Positions 50,627-60,542 of a stretch of DNA of 62,594 nt are shown here, one piece after another (the first letter of the stretch is position 1; each line of letters begins with the position of its first letter). The notes under the pieces were generated by a model. That model was not told where the DNA came from. It saw only the letters and a program-made list of their open reading frames with translations, and ran no database searches. The translations under genes were made by a program, and so were the position numbers. The stretch comes from Thermomicrobiales bacterium (GTDB lineage: Bacteria > Chloroflexota > Chloroflexia > Thermomicrobiales > UBA6265). The stretch covers positions 1 to 62,594 of the forward strand of contig JBBRVX010000003.1 in assembly GCA_038246475.1 (NCBI GenBank), read 5' to 3'.

Positions 50627-52135
50627 TTATGTGGTGAGGTAACGGAGCAAGGTTCTCACGCCAACACCTGTTGCGCCCTTTGGACCAGTCGGCCCTGCTT
50701 TTTCCTGCCGAGACGATCCGGCGATGTCGAGATGGGCCCAGGGCAGGCCCTCCGAGAAGTGCTGAAGGAAGAGCGCGGCGGTAATGGCCCCCCCGCCGCG
50801 GCCGCCGGTGTTCTTGATATCGGCAACGTCGCCCTTGATCTTGCTTTCAAGCTCGGCCAGAAGCGGCATGCGCCACATGCGTTCTCCAGTTTGCTCGGCC
50901 GCGCCAAGCAGCTTCTGGGCGAGCTCGTCGTCGGAGGCGAACAATGCCGTTGTCCCATTGCCGAGGGCGACGACGGCGGCGCCAGTAAGCGTTGCGAGGT
51001 CGATCATTTCCGTCGCGCCCCGACGAGCGGTATCGACCAGACCGTCGGCGAGCACCAGCCTCCCTTCGGCGTCGGTCGAAAGAATTTCCATGGTTACGCC
51101 ATTCATCCCCTCAATGACGTCGCCCGGCCGAAATGCCGTGCCGGATATCATGTTCTCCGCCACGCAGATCGTGCCGATCACTGGAACCGGGCAGGCGAGG
51201 TCTCGCAGCGCGGACATCGCGCCGAGCACAGCTGCTCCCCCTGCCATATCGCCTTTCATATCGAGCATGCCTTCGTAGGGTTTGATGGAATAGCCGCCCG
51301 TGTCGAAGGTGATGGCTTTGCCCACCAGGCCGGTTATCTTGTCGTTCGCGGTATCCCCGTCAGGCTGGTAGCGAAGCCGAATCAGTCGCGGTGGGTTCAC
51401 GCTTCCGGCGCCAACCGTGAGGATGGCCCGAGCGCCCAGCGCCTCCAGCTCGGCTTCACCCAGGACCTCGATGTCCAGGTTTGACGCGGCGGCGACGTCG
51501 TGCGCGCGTTGGGCGAAGTGTTCGGGAGTGAGGGTGGAGGCTGGTTCGTTTCCGAGGTCGCGCGCGAGATTGACCGCTGCCGCAATGGCGTTGCCGCGCG
51601 CGATTGCCGACCGGGCCACGTTTTCGCTGATTTCCGGCGCGACAAGAGTCAGTGAGGCGATCTCCGGCTGGTTCTGAAGATCGGGCGAACCTTTGCCCCG
51701 GTAGACGTCAAAACGATAGAGCCCGAGTCGTACGCCGATCAGGGCCGCTTCGATGATTGCAGCGGTGTCCAGAGACGCGGTGCTCTCGGGAAGTGCAACG
51801 GCGATGTCTTTCGCGCCGTTTTCCCTGGCGGACCGCGCGGCGGCCCCGACGGCGCGGGAGACGACCTCTTCAGTGAAATCAGCCTCGGAACCACAGCCCG
51901 CGAGAATGATCCTCCTCGCGGGCAGACGACCGAGCGTCGGAATCGTCAGTGTTGAAGCAGGGCGACCGTTGAATCGGGCCTCTTGAGCCAGTCTGACCAG
52001 CTCGCCCGAGAGGTTGGCATCGGCGGCTGAGGCGGCGGAAGACCAATGGTCGCCATGTTCGCCAGACCAGACGAACAGAATCAGCGCATCTATTCCGAGG
52101 CTGAGCGGGTCCAGGTTACTGAACTCTACCTGCAT
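50627..52135 (-). CDS. pepA: Leucyl aminopeptidase (M17)
   Basis: VGK.ITFDTGG, MK.DM.G, TDAEGRL.LAD, DLATLTGA and WAHLDIAG. Confidence 0.95.
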   Translation of the reverse strand: MQVEFSNLDPLSLGIDALILFVWSGEHGDHWSSAASAADANLSGELVRLAQEARFNGRPASTLTIPTLGRLPARRIILAGCGSEADFTEEVVSRAVGAAARSARENGAKDIAVALPESTASLDTAAIIEAALIGVRLGLYRFDVYRGKGSPDLQNQPEIASLTLVAPEISENVARSAIARGNAIAAAVNLARDLGNEPASTLTPEHFAQRAHDVAAASNLDIEVLGEAELEALGARAILTVGAGSVNPPRLIRLRYQPDGDTANDKITGLVGKAITFDTGGYSIKPYEGMLDMKGDMAGGAAVLGAMSALRDLACPVPVIGTICVAENMISGTAFRPGDVIEGMNGVTMEILSTDAEGRLVLADGLVDTARRGATEMIDLATLTGAAVVALGNGTTALFASDDELAQKLLGAAEQTGERMWRMPLLAELESKIKGDVADIKNTGGRGGGAITAALFLQHFSEGLPWAHLDIAGSSRQEKAGPTGPKGATGVGVRTLLRYLTT

Positions 52136-52316
52136 GGGTTTCCCTTCGATGTGCAGCGCGCGAAATTGGCCATAGAGTGCCCTCGACTACTGTACGCGAA
52201 CGGCGCAACTCGATTGCGCCGAAAAACCCTACGGGATGTTGCGCTTTTGTCCGATTCGATGCTAGCATCCCGGGAGTGTACGTACATTTAGCACGAACAC
52301 TTGACGGAGGCAGACG

Positions 52317-53798
52317 GTGGATCGAGGAGACCCCAGCGCGCAGGTTCAGGTTGATGCCAACCTGATCTGGCGAGCGGTCCTATCCGATCTCCAGTCGACG
52401 CTCCCCGCGAGCGCCTTCGAATGGCTCCGAAACACCCGGCTGACCGGATTTGCGGCAAATGACGTTGCCACTGTGCAGGTGACGGATCGCGTGGCGGCTG
52501 ATACGCTGACTCGCCGTTTCGCACGCGATATCGAACGGCAACTGTCTCAGCGCGTGGGACGCCCGGTGACCACCGAGTTTCTGGCGGACGCCGCTGAGAG
52601 CAGTGGAGCATCAGCATCGGTCGAAAGGACACCACCCAGACCCCGTGCCAATAGGGCGCCAGGCGAGCAGGACGCAAACCGTCGCGCATCAGAGTCGGCT
52701 CCGGCGAACAAGGCCGGCCATGCGCGGGACAAGCCGACCCAGATGGAACTGGCGCCCTCGCGCGCGCTTGGCCTCAATCCAAGATACGTGCTTCGCACGT
52801 ATGTCGTGGGATCGGCGAATCGATTCGCACATGCAGCGGGCGTGTCGGTCGCCGAGCATCCCGGGGGCAAGTACAACCCGCTCTTCATTCATGGTGGGGT
52901 CGGCCTGGGAAAGACTCATCTCCTCCATGCCGTCGGTCATCGCGCGCTCGATCTCAACGCGAGTCTGCAGGTGGCGTATGTCACATCGGAAAAGTTCACT
53001 AACGATTTGATCGCCTCGATCCGGCAGCAACGCACGGATGACTTCCGTGCTCGCTATCGAGAGATTGACGTGCTGATGATCGATGATATCCAGTTCATCG
53101 CGGGTAAGGAGAGTACACAGGAAGAGTTCTTTCACACGTTCAATGCCCTCTATCAAAGTGGCAAGCAAGTGATCATTTCCAGTGACAAGCCACCCAAGGC
53201 GATTTCGGCGCTGGAGGAACGATTGCGTTCTCGCTTCGAAGGTGGTTTGATCGCCGACGTTCAGCCGCCAGACTATGAGATGCGCCTCGCGATTTTGCGG
53301 ATCAAGGATGAAGAGTTGCGCCTTGGGTTGCAATCGGACGTTGCCGAGTACATCGCCCAGAAAGATCTCCGAAACATTCGAGAGCTCGAAGGGGCGCTGA
53401 ACAAGGTCATCGCGAGAGCCCAGCTCACCGGAGAGTCAATTACTCTCAATCTGGCGATCGAGGCACTCACGGACAATGCGCCGGGCAGCCGGCGATCCGC
53501 GGTGACGCGAGACGAAGTCATCGGGGAAGTTCTCAAGCACTTCGATGTTGCGCGGCGTGAATTGGCCGGGCGTTCGCGGACCAAGGACATCGTCTTGCCG
53601 CGACAGGTTGCAATGTACCTGCTGCGGACAGAAACGGATGCATCCCTCCTCGAAATTGGGTCTGAACTGGGGGGCCGTGACCACACGACGGTGCTTCACG
53701 GAATTCGGCAGATCGAACGAGCCTTTGCGACCGACGCTTCGCTGCGTGCCCATGTCGTGGCGATCCGGGAATCGATCGTCACCGGAGGTGCTTCATAG
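52317..53798 (+). CDS. dnaA: Chromosomal replication initiator DnaA (possibly a paralog)
   Basis: YNPLFIHGGVGLGKTHL, IDDIQF, QEEFFH.FN, RLRSRF, NIRELEGAL, RQVAMYL and GGRDHTTV. Confidence 0.95.
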   Translation: MDRGDPSAQVQVDANLIWRAVLSDLQSTLPASAFEWLRNTRLTGFAANDVATVQVTDRVAADTLTRRFARDIERQLSQRVGRPVTTEFLADAAESSGASASVERTPPRPRANRAPGEQDANRRASESAPANKAGHARDKPTQMELAPSRALGLNPRYVLRTYVVGSANRFAHAAGVSVAEHPGGKYNPLFIHGGVGLGKTHLLHAVGHRALDLNASLQVAYVTSEKFTNDLIASIRQQRTDDFRARYREIDVLMIDDIQFIAGKESTQEEFFHTFNALYQSGKQVIISSDKPPKAISALEERLRSRFEGGLIADVQPPDYEMRLAILRIKDEELRLGLQSDVAEYIAQKDLRNIRELEGALNKVIARAQLTGESITLNLAIEALTDNAPGSRRSAVTRDEVIGEVLKHFDVARRELAGRSRTKDIVLPRQVAMYLLRTETDASLLEIGSELGGRDHTTVLHGIRQIERAFATDASLRAHVVAIRESIVTGGAS

Positions 53799-53918
53799 AC
53801 GTATCGAAAAAGAGACCACTTGACTTTCCACAGGATAATTGAGTGGTCCCCTGTGGCAGACGAAAACCCAGCAAATGAACTGTCGACGAAATGCGTGATG
53901 GGGCAACCCCTTGAGGCG

Positions 53919-54389
53919 CTAACTTCCCGGCGATGAAACCAGATACGCGGACAGGTCGAGCACCTGTTTATCGCTGATTTCAGTCACTTTGTAGGCGCCT
54001 GGAGGCGTATGGCCGGCGCCTTCTCGAACGAGGGCGAGAAGAAAATCCGGATCTGCTGTCGCCCCGGCGGAGCCGGTCGCGAGAATGTCCGGACCCGATC
54101 CGCCGGGCCCATGGCAGCCAGTACACCACGTGTCAAACTGACGCTTGCCGGCGGTGACATCTCCATGCACCGCGGCGCTGGGCGAGCTTTGGGCGAGTTG
54201 CCGTGCGGCCGAGGTGGCGCTGGCGGCCGCGGCGGCGGCGGTGATCTGCTCCGCGGTGAGTGTCGCGGTGGGCGTAATGCCGAGAGCCTGGTTGATTTGC
54301 TCATCGGTGGCGCGGCCGCAGGCCGCGGCAATCAGCGCCACCGCAATCACGGTGGCCATGAGCGAGAGCCGTCGAGGCAAGGTCGTCAT
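53919..54389 (-). CDS. Lipoprotein c-type cytochrome
   Basis: Signal peptide ending IAAAC (lipobox); G...F...CTGCHG heme motif; C-terminal ISD..V.DL.AYL helix. Confidence 0.8.
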   Translation of the reverse strand: MTTLPRRLSLMATVIAVALIAAACGRATDEQINQALGITPTATLTAEQITAAAAAASATSAARQLAQSSPSAAVHGDVTAGKRQFDTWCTGCHGPGGSGPDILATGSAGATADPDFLLALVREGAGHTPPGAYKVTEISDKQVLDLSAYLVSSPGS

Positions 54390-54503
54390 CCTGTCACGAT
54401 CGTAGCCCGGCGCGTAGTCACTGCTGCACATCGCCGATGCATTGCTTCACCAACCTGGGTGAGCGGAGGGTATCAAGGCCGTGGGCGAGTGTCAATCATC
54501 GAG

Positions 54504-55310
54504 TTAAACCGGAGTCCGCCCAGGAGAATGGTGAACAATTCTGGGAAGCGCCAGCAGGGCGACGCCGGCCGCGAGGAGAATCCAACTCATCCAGAAGGCG
54601 GCCGGCAACGGTCCAAGATAGAGACTGTCCGTGCGCACTCGTTCAATCAGGAAGCGGGCAACGCCATAGTTGATCAAATAGATAGCGAGGACATCCCCGT
54701 GACGGAGCGTTTGAGATCTCGGCACGTGAAGCGCGATCCACGACAGCAAAAGTGCATTGGCAAGGTTGAAGAGCGACTCGTAGAGGAACGTGGGATGGAA
54801 GCGTTCCGAGGAAAGAAACGCCGAGGGTCTGTGAGCCTGGTCGATAGCCAGACCCCAGGGGAGGTCAGTGGGCGTGCCGAAAGCCTCCTGATTCGCCCAA
54901 TTTCCCCAGCGACCCACGGCCTGCGCCAGCGCCACCCCCGGTACAGCGATATCGATCCAACGCAAGACGGGCTGGCCGCGACGAAGACATAACGCGATTA
55001 AAGTAGCAACTCCCACGATCAGCGCTCCGTGAAACGACAACCCCCCCAAACGGACGTTGACCGCCTCTAGAGGATGTGTGGAAAAGTAGCCCGCGCGAAG
55101 CATGACGTAATAGAGCCGAGCGCCAAGGATTGAAGCAAGCACAATCCAGGGCGCCACATCGAGGACCCACTCTGGATCGAGGCCAAGCCGTCCGGCGAGG
55201 AACCGGGTCAGAGTTATTCCTGCAATCACGCCGAGGAGCATGAAAACGGCATACCATCGGATTTCGATTCCGAGTATTTCAATGGCGGTCGGATCAGCTG
55301 GAGACGGCAT
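54504..55310 (-). CDS. lgt: Prolipoprotein diacylglyceryl transferase
   Basis: IRWY, GARLYY, GGLSFHG, GRWGN..NQE.FG, HPTFLYES and RF.IE..R. Confidence 0.95.
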   Translation of the reverse strand: MPSPADPTAIEILGIEIRWYAVFMLLGVIAGITLTRFLAGRLGLDPEWVLDVAPWIVLASILGARLYYVMLRAGYFSTHPLEAVNVRLGGLSFHGALIVGVATLIALCLRRGQPVLRWIDIAVPGVALAQAVGRWGNWANQEAFGTPTDLPWGLAIDQAHRPSAFLSSERFHPTFLYESLFNLANALLLSWIALHVPRSQTLRHGDVLAIYLINYGVARFLIERVRTDSLYLGPLPAAFWMSWILLAAGVALLALPRIVHHSPGRTPV

Positions 55311-55361
55311 GAGGACTCAAAAATGGTCGCCGCTCCGGGCGCAAGAGGGCGGCGGAGGTGT

Positions 55362-56330
55362 TCACGCTGACAACAGAAAGTCTTCGAGCTGGTCAATGCC
55401 GGGAAGGCCGTCCCATGCCCCGGCTTTGGTAGTGGCAAGTGCTCCTGCGGCTGCCGCGAACCGGATGTCATCAGTGGATGGTGCGGTCCATGCAGAGGCG
55501 AGTGATCGAGCAATCAAGGCGGCGGTGAACGCGTCTCCAGCGCCAGTCGGTTCGATCGACGCGACCGTGAATGCTGGAACAAACGAAACGCTGTAATCGG
55601 GAGGTGACGAAAACCAGCAACCGCGCTCACCGTCAGTCAGCACGGCGAATCGGGACCCGAGGGCGTGCACGCGTTCAAGCGCGGATGAAGGGGAAGCCCC
55701 GGATCCAAACATCCCGATGGCGTCGTCAAGGCTCAACTTCACGAGATCACTCTGTCGTGCCATGTCCATGCACGCGGACGCCGCGTCGTCCAGGTTAGCC
55801 CACACCGCCGGCCGCAAATTGACGTCAAAGACGACCGGCACTCGAGCCTCGCGCGCCAGCTCGACCGCGCGCTGCACTGCCGCCCTCGTAGACGGCGCTG
55901 CCAAGGAGACAGATCCGAGGACGAGGGCGGCGAGCTCGCCGATTCTTGCCGCCTCGGCGTCAGCCGTCGCAAGCAACAGATCCGCGCCGCGCAAGATCCA
56001 GAAATGCCCGTCGCCGCGGGCATCTTTCCAGGCGTAGGCCAACGTCGTCGCGGCTTCCGGTGTCCGCCGCAATCGCGACGTATCGACCCCCTCGGCGCTG
56101 AGTTCGGAACGCAAGCGGGCCCCAAACGGATCGTCGCCTGTGACGCCGCAAAACGCACTAGGCACGCCAAGTCGCGCCAACGCGACGGTGACGTTGGCCG
56201 GTGCTCCGCCTGAGCGGGCGACAAACCTGTCAGCCGATTCCAGGGAGGGAGCGTCGTCATCGACGATGAAATCAATCAGCAGCTCACCAATCGCCATGAC
56301 CTGTTTGCCATCCGACCGGGTTTGATTCAT
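55362..56330 (-). CDS. PfkB family carbohydrate kinase (fructokinase-like)
   Basis: GE.LIDF, GGAPANV, G.D.FG, FDVN.R and TGAGDAF. Confidence 0.92.
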   Translation of the reverse strand: MNQTRSDGKQVMAIGELLIDFIVDDDAPSLESADRFVARSGGAPANVTVALARLGVPSAFCGVTGDDPFGARLRSELSAEGVDTSRLRRTPEAATTLAYAWKDARGDGHFWILRGADLLLATADAEAARIGELAALVLGSVSLAAPSTRAAVQRAVELAREARVPVVFDVNLRPAVWANLDDAASACMDMARQSDLVKLSLDDAIGMFGSGASPSSALERVHALGSRFAVLTDGERGCWFSSPPDYSVSFVPAFTVASIEPTGAGDAFTAALIARSLASAWTAPSTDDIRFAAAAGALATTKAGAWDGLPGIDQLEDFLLSA

Positions 56331-56333
56331 GGC

Positions 56334-58667
56334 TCAATCGGCGCTGGAGCGGGACTTTGGCGGCGTTGCATCGCGGTGCACCTCATAGACTTCGCGGACG
56401 CCCTCAAGTTTTCGCAGAATAGTACTGAGCTGGCCAACCCCTTCGACTTCGACCGTAGCGAAGAGCGTGACCGATCTGTCGTCATGCGTATTGGTGAGGA
56501 CACTCAAAATGTTCACGCGTTCGTCGGCGAGAAGCGTGCTGACATCCTTGAGAAGGCCGACCCGATCCCACGCTTTCACCTGTATGGTGACGGGGAAGGT
56601 TTCTTCGCCGTGGCTGCCCCAAGTTACGGGAACAAGGCGCTCCGGTTCCGAAATGTTGAGGATATTTGGGCAATCTTCACGATGGACGGTCACTCCCCGA
56701 CCACGGGTGACAAAGCCAATGATCCGATCGCCATTCACGGGACGACAACATACGGCCAGATTCGTCATGAGATCGCCAACGCCCATCACTTGCAGCCGCG
56801 GAGGCGCGTGGGGCGCCTGGATACTTGGCGCGGTGAGAAGCGCTTCTTGCTCTGGGTGCTGAGCCAATCGGACGGCAATGCGTTGGGAGGGAATCGCCCC
56901 GTACCCAATGGCGGCTAACAGGTCATCGAGCTTCGGATATTGAGGAAACGCTTTCAAGAGGTCATCGGGCTTGAACTCAACGCTCATGCGCCGCAGCTCT
57001 CGCTCAAGAATTTCCTTGCCCTGGGCGATGTTGACGTCTCGCTCCTGGCCGCGGAACCAGCGCCTGATTTTCTCTCTGGCTGACGCGGTGGTGACGTACT
57101 CTGAGCTCGATAGGAGCCAATCGCGATTGGGCCCAGTGCGTGTGCGGCTGGTGTTGATCTTGACGACCTGGCCATTTTGCAACCGATAGTCGAGCGGCAC
57201 GAGTTGATCGTTTATCTTGGCGCCGACGCATTGGTGACCGACTTCGGTGTGAATGCGATAGGCAAAGTCGACCGGTGTCGCCCCGGCAGGAAGTTCGATG
57301 ATGTCGCCCGCCGGGGTGAAGACGTAGATCTGTTCCTTGAAGACATCCGATTTCAGGGATTCGACGAATTCCTCGGCATCGGCGACCTGGTCACGCCATT
57401 CCAGGAGCTGGCGTAGCCAGGCGACCTTCGCTTCGACGCGGGCGTCGGAGCGGACGCCCTCCTTGTATCGCCAATGGGCCGCGACCCCATGCTCGGCGAT
57501 GCGGTGCATTTCGCGACTGCGAATCTGAATCTCGATCGGGTGCCCGCCGGGCCCGACCACGGCCGTGTGCAGCGACTGATACATGCTGTCCTTGGGAGTC
57601 GCGATGTAGTCGTCGAACTCTCCAGGAAGAGGATGCCAGCGTGCATGGACCACGCCCAGTGCTCCATAACAATCCTTGCGATCGTTCACCAGCACTCGCA
57701 AGCCGATCACGTCGTAAATTTCATCCATGCTTCGGCGTTTGGCGAGCATCTTCCGATAAATGGAGAAGATGTGTTTGGTGCGGCCGGTAATCTCCGCTTC
57801 AATCCCCGCGTCGTGCAGCGTTTCCAGCAGTTCCGTCTTGACCTGTTCGATGTACGGGGCCGCGTCGCGAGCGCGTTTCTCGAATTCCAGGGTGAGGGCG
57901 CGGTATGCCACCGGATTCGTATACCGGAAGGCCAGGTCCTCAAGCTCCGACTTGAACTGCCAGATGCCCAAACGATTCGCGAGCGGCGCAAATATCTCGA
58001 GGGTTTGGTGCGCGATGCGAACCTGCTTTTCCGGGGGCAGGGCCTCAAGCGTGCGCATGTTATGTAGGCGGTCGGCGAGTTTGATCAGCACGACGCCAAT
58101 ATCATCGACCATCGCAAGGAACATCTTGCGCAGATTTTCAGCTTGATGCGCTTTTTCGCGGGAGCTGGCGCTGTCGGCGTCGTCTCTGGTCCAGGGAATT
58201 CTCCCGAGCTTCGATACGCCATCGACGAGGCGCGCCACACGAGGGCCAAAGTCGGTTTCGATCTGATCCAGGATGACGGACGTGTCCTCGATGACGTCGT
58301 GGAGAAGGGCGCCAGCTATGGTTTCGGCGTCGAGATGGATCTCCGCCAGAATCGCGGCTACCGCGATGGGATGCATGACGTACGGCTCGCCCGATTTACG
58401 CTGGTCTTCGCCATGAGCCGCAATGGCGAAATGGGCGGCGCGCTCTACGAGCTCGAGATTGGCCGTGGGGGAGTGTGCGCTGATGACGGCAAGCAGCGAA
58501 GCGATGGCCTCTTCAATGCGTGGGGAAAGCGGGCGCACAATGACCTGCGTGTCCGCCGGGCCATCGACGGCAGACTCCGTCGCTGAAACGACAGGTGCAC
58601 GCTCAACTGCTGCCGAGCGTCTGGGTGACATTGCCAATGTTGCTTTCAGAGGTTCTTCCGGGTTCAC
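56334..58667 (-). CDS. rel: Long RelA/SpoT homolog, (p)ppGpp synthetase/hydrolase
   Basis: RKSGEPY..HP, HDVIED, KLADRLHNMRT, YQSLHT, EIQIR, plus TGS, CC..HR.DC and ACT domains; exact start uncertain. Confidence 0.95.
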   Translation of the reverse strand: MNPEEPLKATLAMSPRRSAAVERAPVVSATESAVDGPADTQVIVRPLSPRIEEAIASLLAVISAHSPTANLELVERAAHFAIAAHGEDQRKSGEPYVMHPIAVAAILAEIHLDAETIAGALLHDVIEDTSVILDQIETDFGPRVARLVDGVSKLGRIPWTRDDADSASSREKAHQAENLRKMFLAMVDDIGVVLIKLADRLHNMRTLEALPPEKQVRIAHQTLEIFAPLANRLGIWQFKSELEDLAFRYTNPVAYRALTLEFEKRARDAAPYIEQVKTELLETLHDAGIEAEITGRTKHIFSIYRKMLAKRRSMDEIYDVIGLRVLVNDRKDCYGALGVVHARWHPLPGEFDDYIATPKDSMYQSLHTAVVGPGGHPIEIQIRSREMHRIAEHGVAAHWRYKEGVRSDARVEAKVAWLRQLLEWRDQVADAEEFVESLKSDVFKEQIYVFTPAGDIIELPAGATPVDFAYRIHTEVGHQCVGAKINDQLVPLDYRLQNGQVVKINTSRTRTGPNRDWLLSSSEYVTTASAREKIRRWFRGQERDVNIAQGKEILERELRRMSVEFKPDDLLKAFPQYPKLDDLLAAIGYGAIPSQRIAVRLAQHPEQEALLTAPSIQAPHAPPRLQVMGVGDLMTNLAVCCRPVNGDRIIGFVTRGRGVTVHREDCPNILNISEPERLVPVTWGSHGEETFPVTIQVKAWDRVGLLKDVSTLLADERVNILSVLTNTHDDRSVTLFATVEVEGVGQLSTILRKLEGVREVYEVHRDATPPKSRSSAD

Positions 58668-58838
58668 CGTTCGAGTTTACATTCCGGACTGTAGAGAATT
58701 CTTGGTAAATCGTCAACCGATGGTGGCCGAATGATCCCGCGGTCCGTGCGAGAACGTGACCTCCGTGTTTCCGTCGGCGGTTGGGTACCATTCTCGGCGG
58801 TGCAGGAGCGGCGTCAAATCGAACAGGATGCAGTCAGA

Positions 58839-60077
58839 ATGGGAAGTCAGCCGGCGATCAGCGATCTGGACCGAATGCTGCGTCCCGAAGAAGCGCGCGC
58901 GATCATCTTTTCATTTCTGAGGGCCTTACCGAGCGAAGACGTGGCCCTCGCAGACGCGGCATGGCGGGTGCTTGCTCATGACCTCGTGGCGCTCGAGAAC
59001 CATCCTCCCTTCGCGGCTTCGACCATGGACGGCTATGCCGTGGTGGCAGATGACCCTTCTCCCTGGCGCGAGATCGTGGGTCGGCAGACGGCAGGGTATG
59101 TTGAAGCAGTTGTGGTCGAGCTGGGCACGGCGGCCTGGATTACCACGGGAGCCCCACTCCCCCGCGGCGCGACCGCTGTCGTTCCAGTAGAAGCAACGGA
59201 GTTGGCGGAAGATCACGTCATCATCCGGCAAGAGCGCGTTGAGCCAGGCGAAAATATTCGACCTGTCGGAGTCGATCTGGCCAAGGGAACCGTCGCGCTC
59301 ACAGGGGGAACCATCATCGGCTCCGCGGAAATCGGAGTGTTGGCTGGGCTCGGCATCGACCCCGTGACGGTGGTGAGGAAGCCAAGAATCAGCGTGCTCT
59401 CGACCGGGAACGAGCTCGTGGAACCGCGAGAGCAGCCGGGGCCGGGCCAGATTCGGGACTCGAATCGGTTCAGTCTGATCTCGGCCGCGATCGAGGCGGG
59501 CGCGGAAGTTGTCTGGGCCGGTCATGGACCTGATGACCTCGGTGAGCTGAGGGCGACCCTGATCGACCGGATCGCCCAGAGCGATGTGGTGATCACCAGT
59601 GGTGGCGTGTCGATGGGGGACCTGGACCTGATCAAGCCGCTCCTGGGAGAACTCGCGGATGTGCATTTCCGGCGGGTTTTCATGAAGCCTGGCAAACCGT
59701 TCAACTTTGCGACATCATTAGAGACTCTGATTTTCAGCCTGCCAGGGAATCCGGTATCGGCGCTGGTGGGGTTCGAGATTTTCGTGCGCCCGGCATTGGG
59801 CCAGATGCTCGGGGCGAAAGTGATCGATCGTCCGAGGCTGCCCGTGCGCCTGGAGGCCGCGGTACGGCCTTCGGATCGGATCGAATTTCAAAGAGCTGTA
59901 GTTCGCGTTGCTGACACCGGAGAACTGGTGGCACGGCCTACCGGGACCCAAGCCTCATCGCGCCTCGCATCGCTCGTCGGCGCCAATGCGCTCGTGGAGA
60001 TTCCACCTGGCAATGCCGAGATTCCGGCTGGCGCGCGTCTGGAAGCACTCATGATCGGGCCGCTTGCTACTTGCTGA
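58839..60077 (+). CDS. moeA: Molybdopterin molybdotransferase
   Basis: PPF..S.MDGYA, TGAP.P, STGNEL, DSN, TSGGVS.GD.D, KPGKP and LPGNPVS. Confidence 0.95.
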   Translation: MGSQPAISDLDRMLRPEEARAIIFSFLRALPSEDVALADAAWRVLAHDLVALENHPPFAASTMDGYAVVADDPSPWREIVGRQTAGYVEAVVVELGTAAWITTGAPLPRGATAVVPVEATELAEDHVIIRQERVEPGENIRPVGVDLAKGTVALTGGTIIGSAEIGVLAGLGIDPVTVVRKPRISVLSTGNELVEPREQPGPGQIRDSNRFSLISAAIEAGAEVVWAGHGPDDLGELRATLIDRIAQSDVVITSGGVSMGDLDLIKPLLGELADVHFRRVFMKPGKPFNFATSLETLIFSLPGNPVSALVGFEIFVRPALGQMLGAKVIDRPRLPVRLEAAVRPSDRIEFQRAVVRVADTGELVARPTGTQASSRLASLVGANALVEIPPGNAEIPAGARLEALMIGPLATC

Positions 60078-60206
60078 ACAGGTGCGCGATTCGGAGCGAT
60101 CGGCGCCGAGAGCGCGACCGTTGCCGACGCTGGTACTATCGCGAACGTTGCGGTCCGAGCGACGCCCGGCACATGGGTCGGTTGATGGCTAAATTGGGAG
60201 GTATCG

Positions 60207-60434
60207 ATGCAACCTGGAGAAATGAAGTATGGCGTCCCGAACATCGTGTACGACATCATCCAGACCGTTGGAAATCTCCTTCAAGGCGAAGAAAAGTTGA
60301 AAGAGTACGCCATTGACGCGGAGGAAGCGGGTGATGCCGAGGCCGCGACGGTGTTCCGGACCGTGGCGGATGGAAATCGCGCCGCGGCGCAAACACTGCT
60401 GAAGCGTCTGCGGGCGCATCTCCAGGATCTCTGA
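60207..60434 (+). CDS. Small helical hypothetical protein (half-ferritin-like)
   Basis: GGAGG RBS; N..YD.I......Q......Y..DAE..GD.E....F pattern. Confidence 0.7.
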   Translation: MQPGEMKYGVPNIVYDIIQTVGNLLQGEEKLKEYAIDAEEAGDAEAATVFRTVADGNRAAAQTLLKRLRAHLQDL

Positions 60435-60542
60435 GAGGACTTGCCTTGGGACCGCCGCGGAGTGGCAACTCGATCCGGCAGCGACATCTTCCGGCGTTGA
60501 TCGAGGCATCTGTATTTCCTTCAGGAGTAGATAAATTTGGGT

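Noticed and set aside
53799-53918. oriC downstream of dnaA
   Set aside because: Only one near-consensus DnaA box in 120 bp and no clear AT-rich unwinding element
58668-58838. Moco riboswitch upstream of moeA (also checked before moaC and moaDE)
   Set aside because: No recognisable Moco RNA motif by eye; an Infernal search would be needed to exclude it
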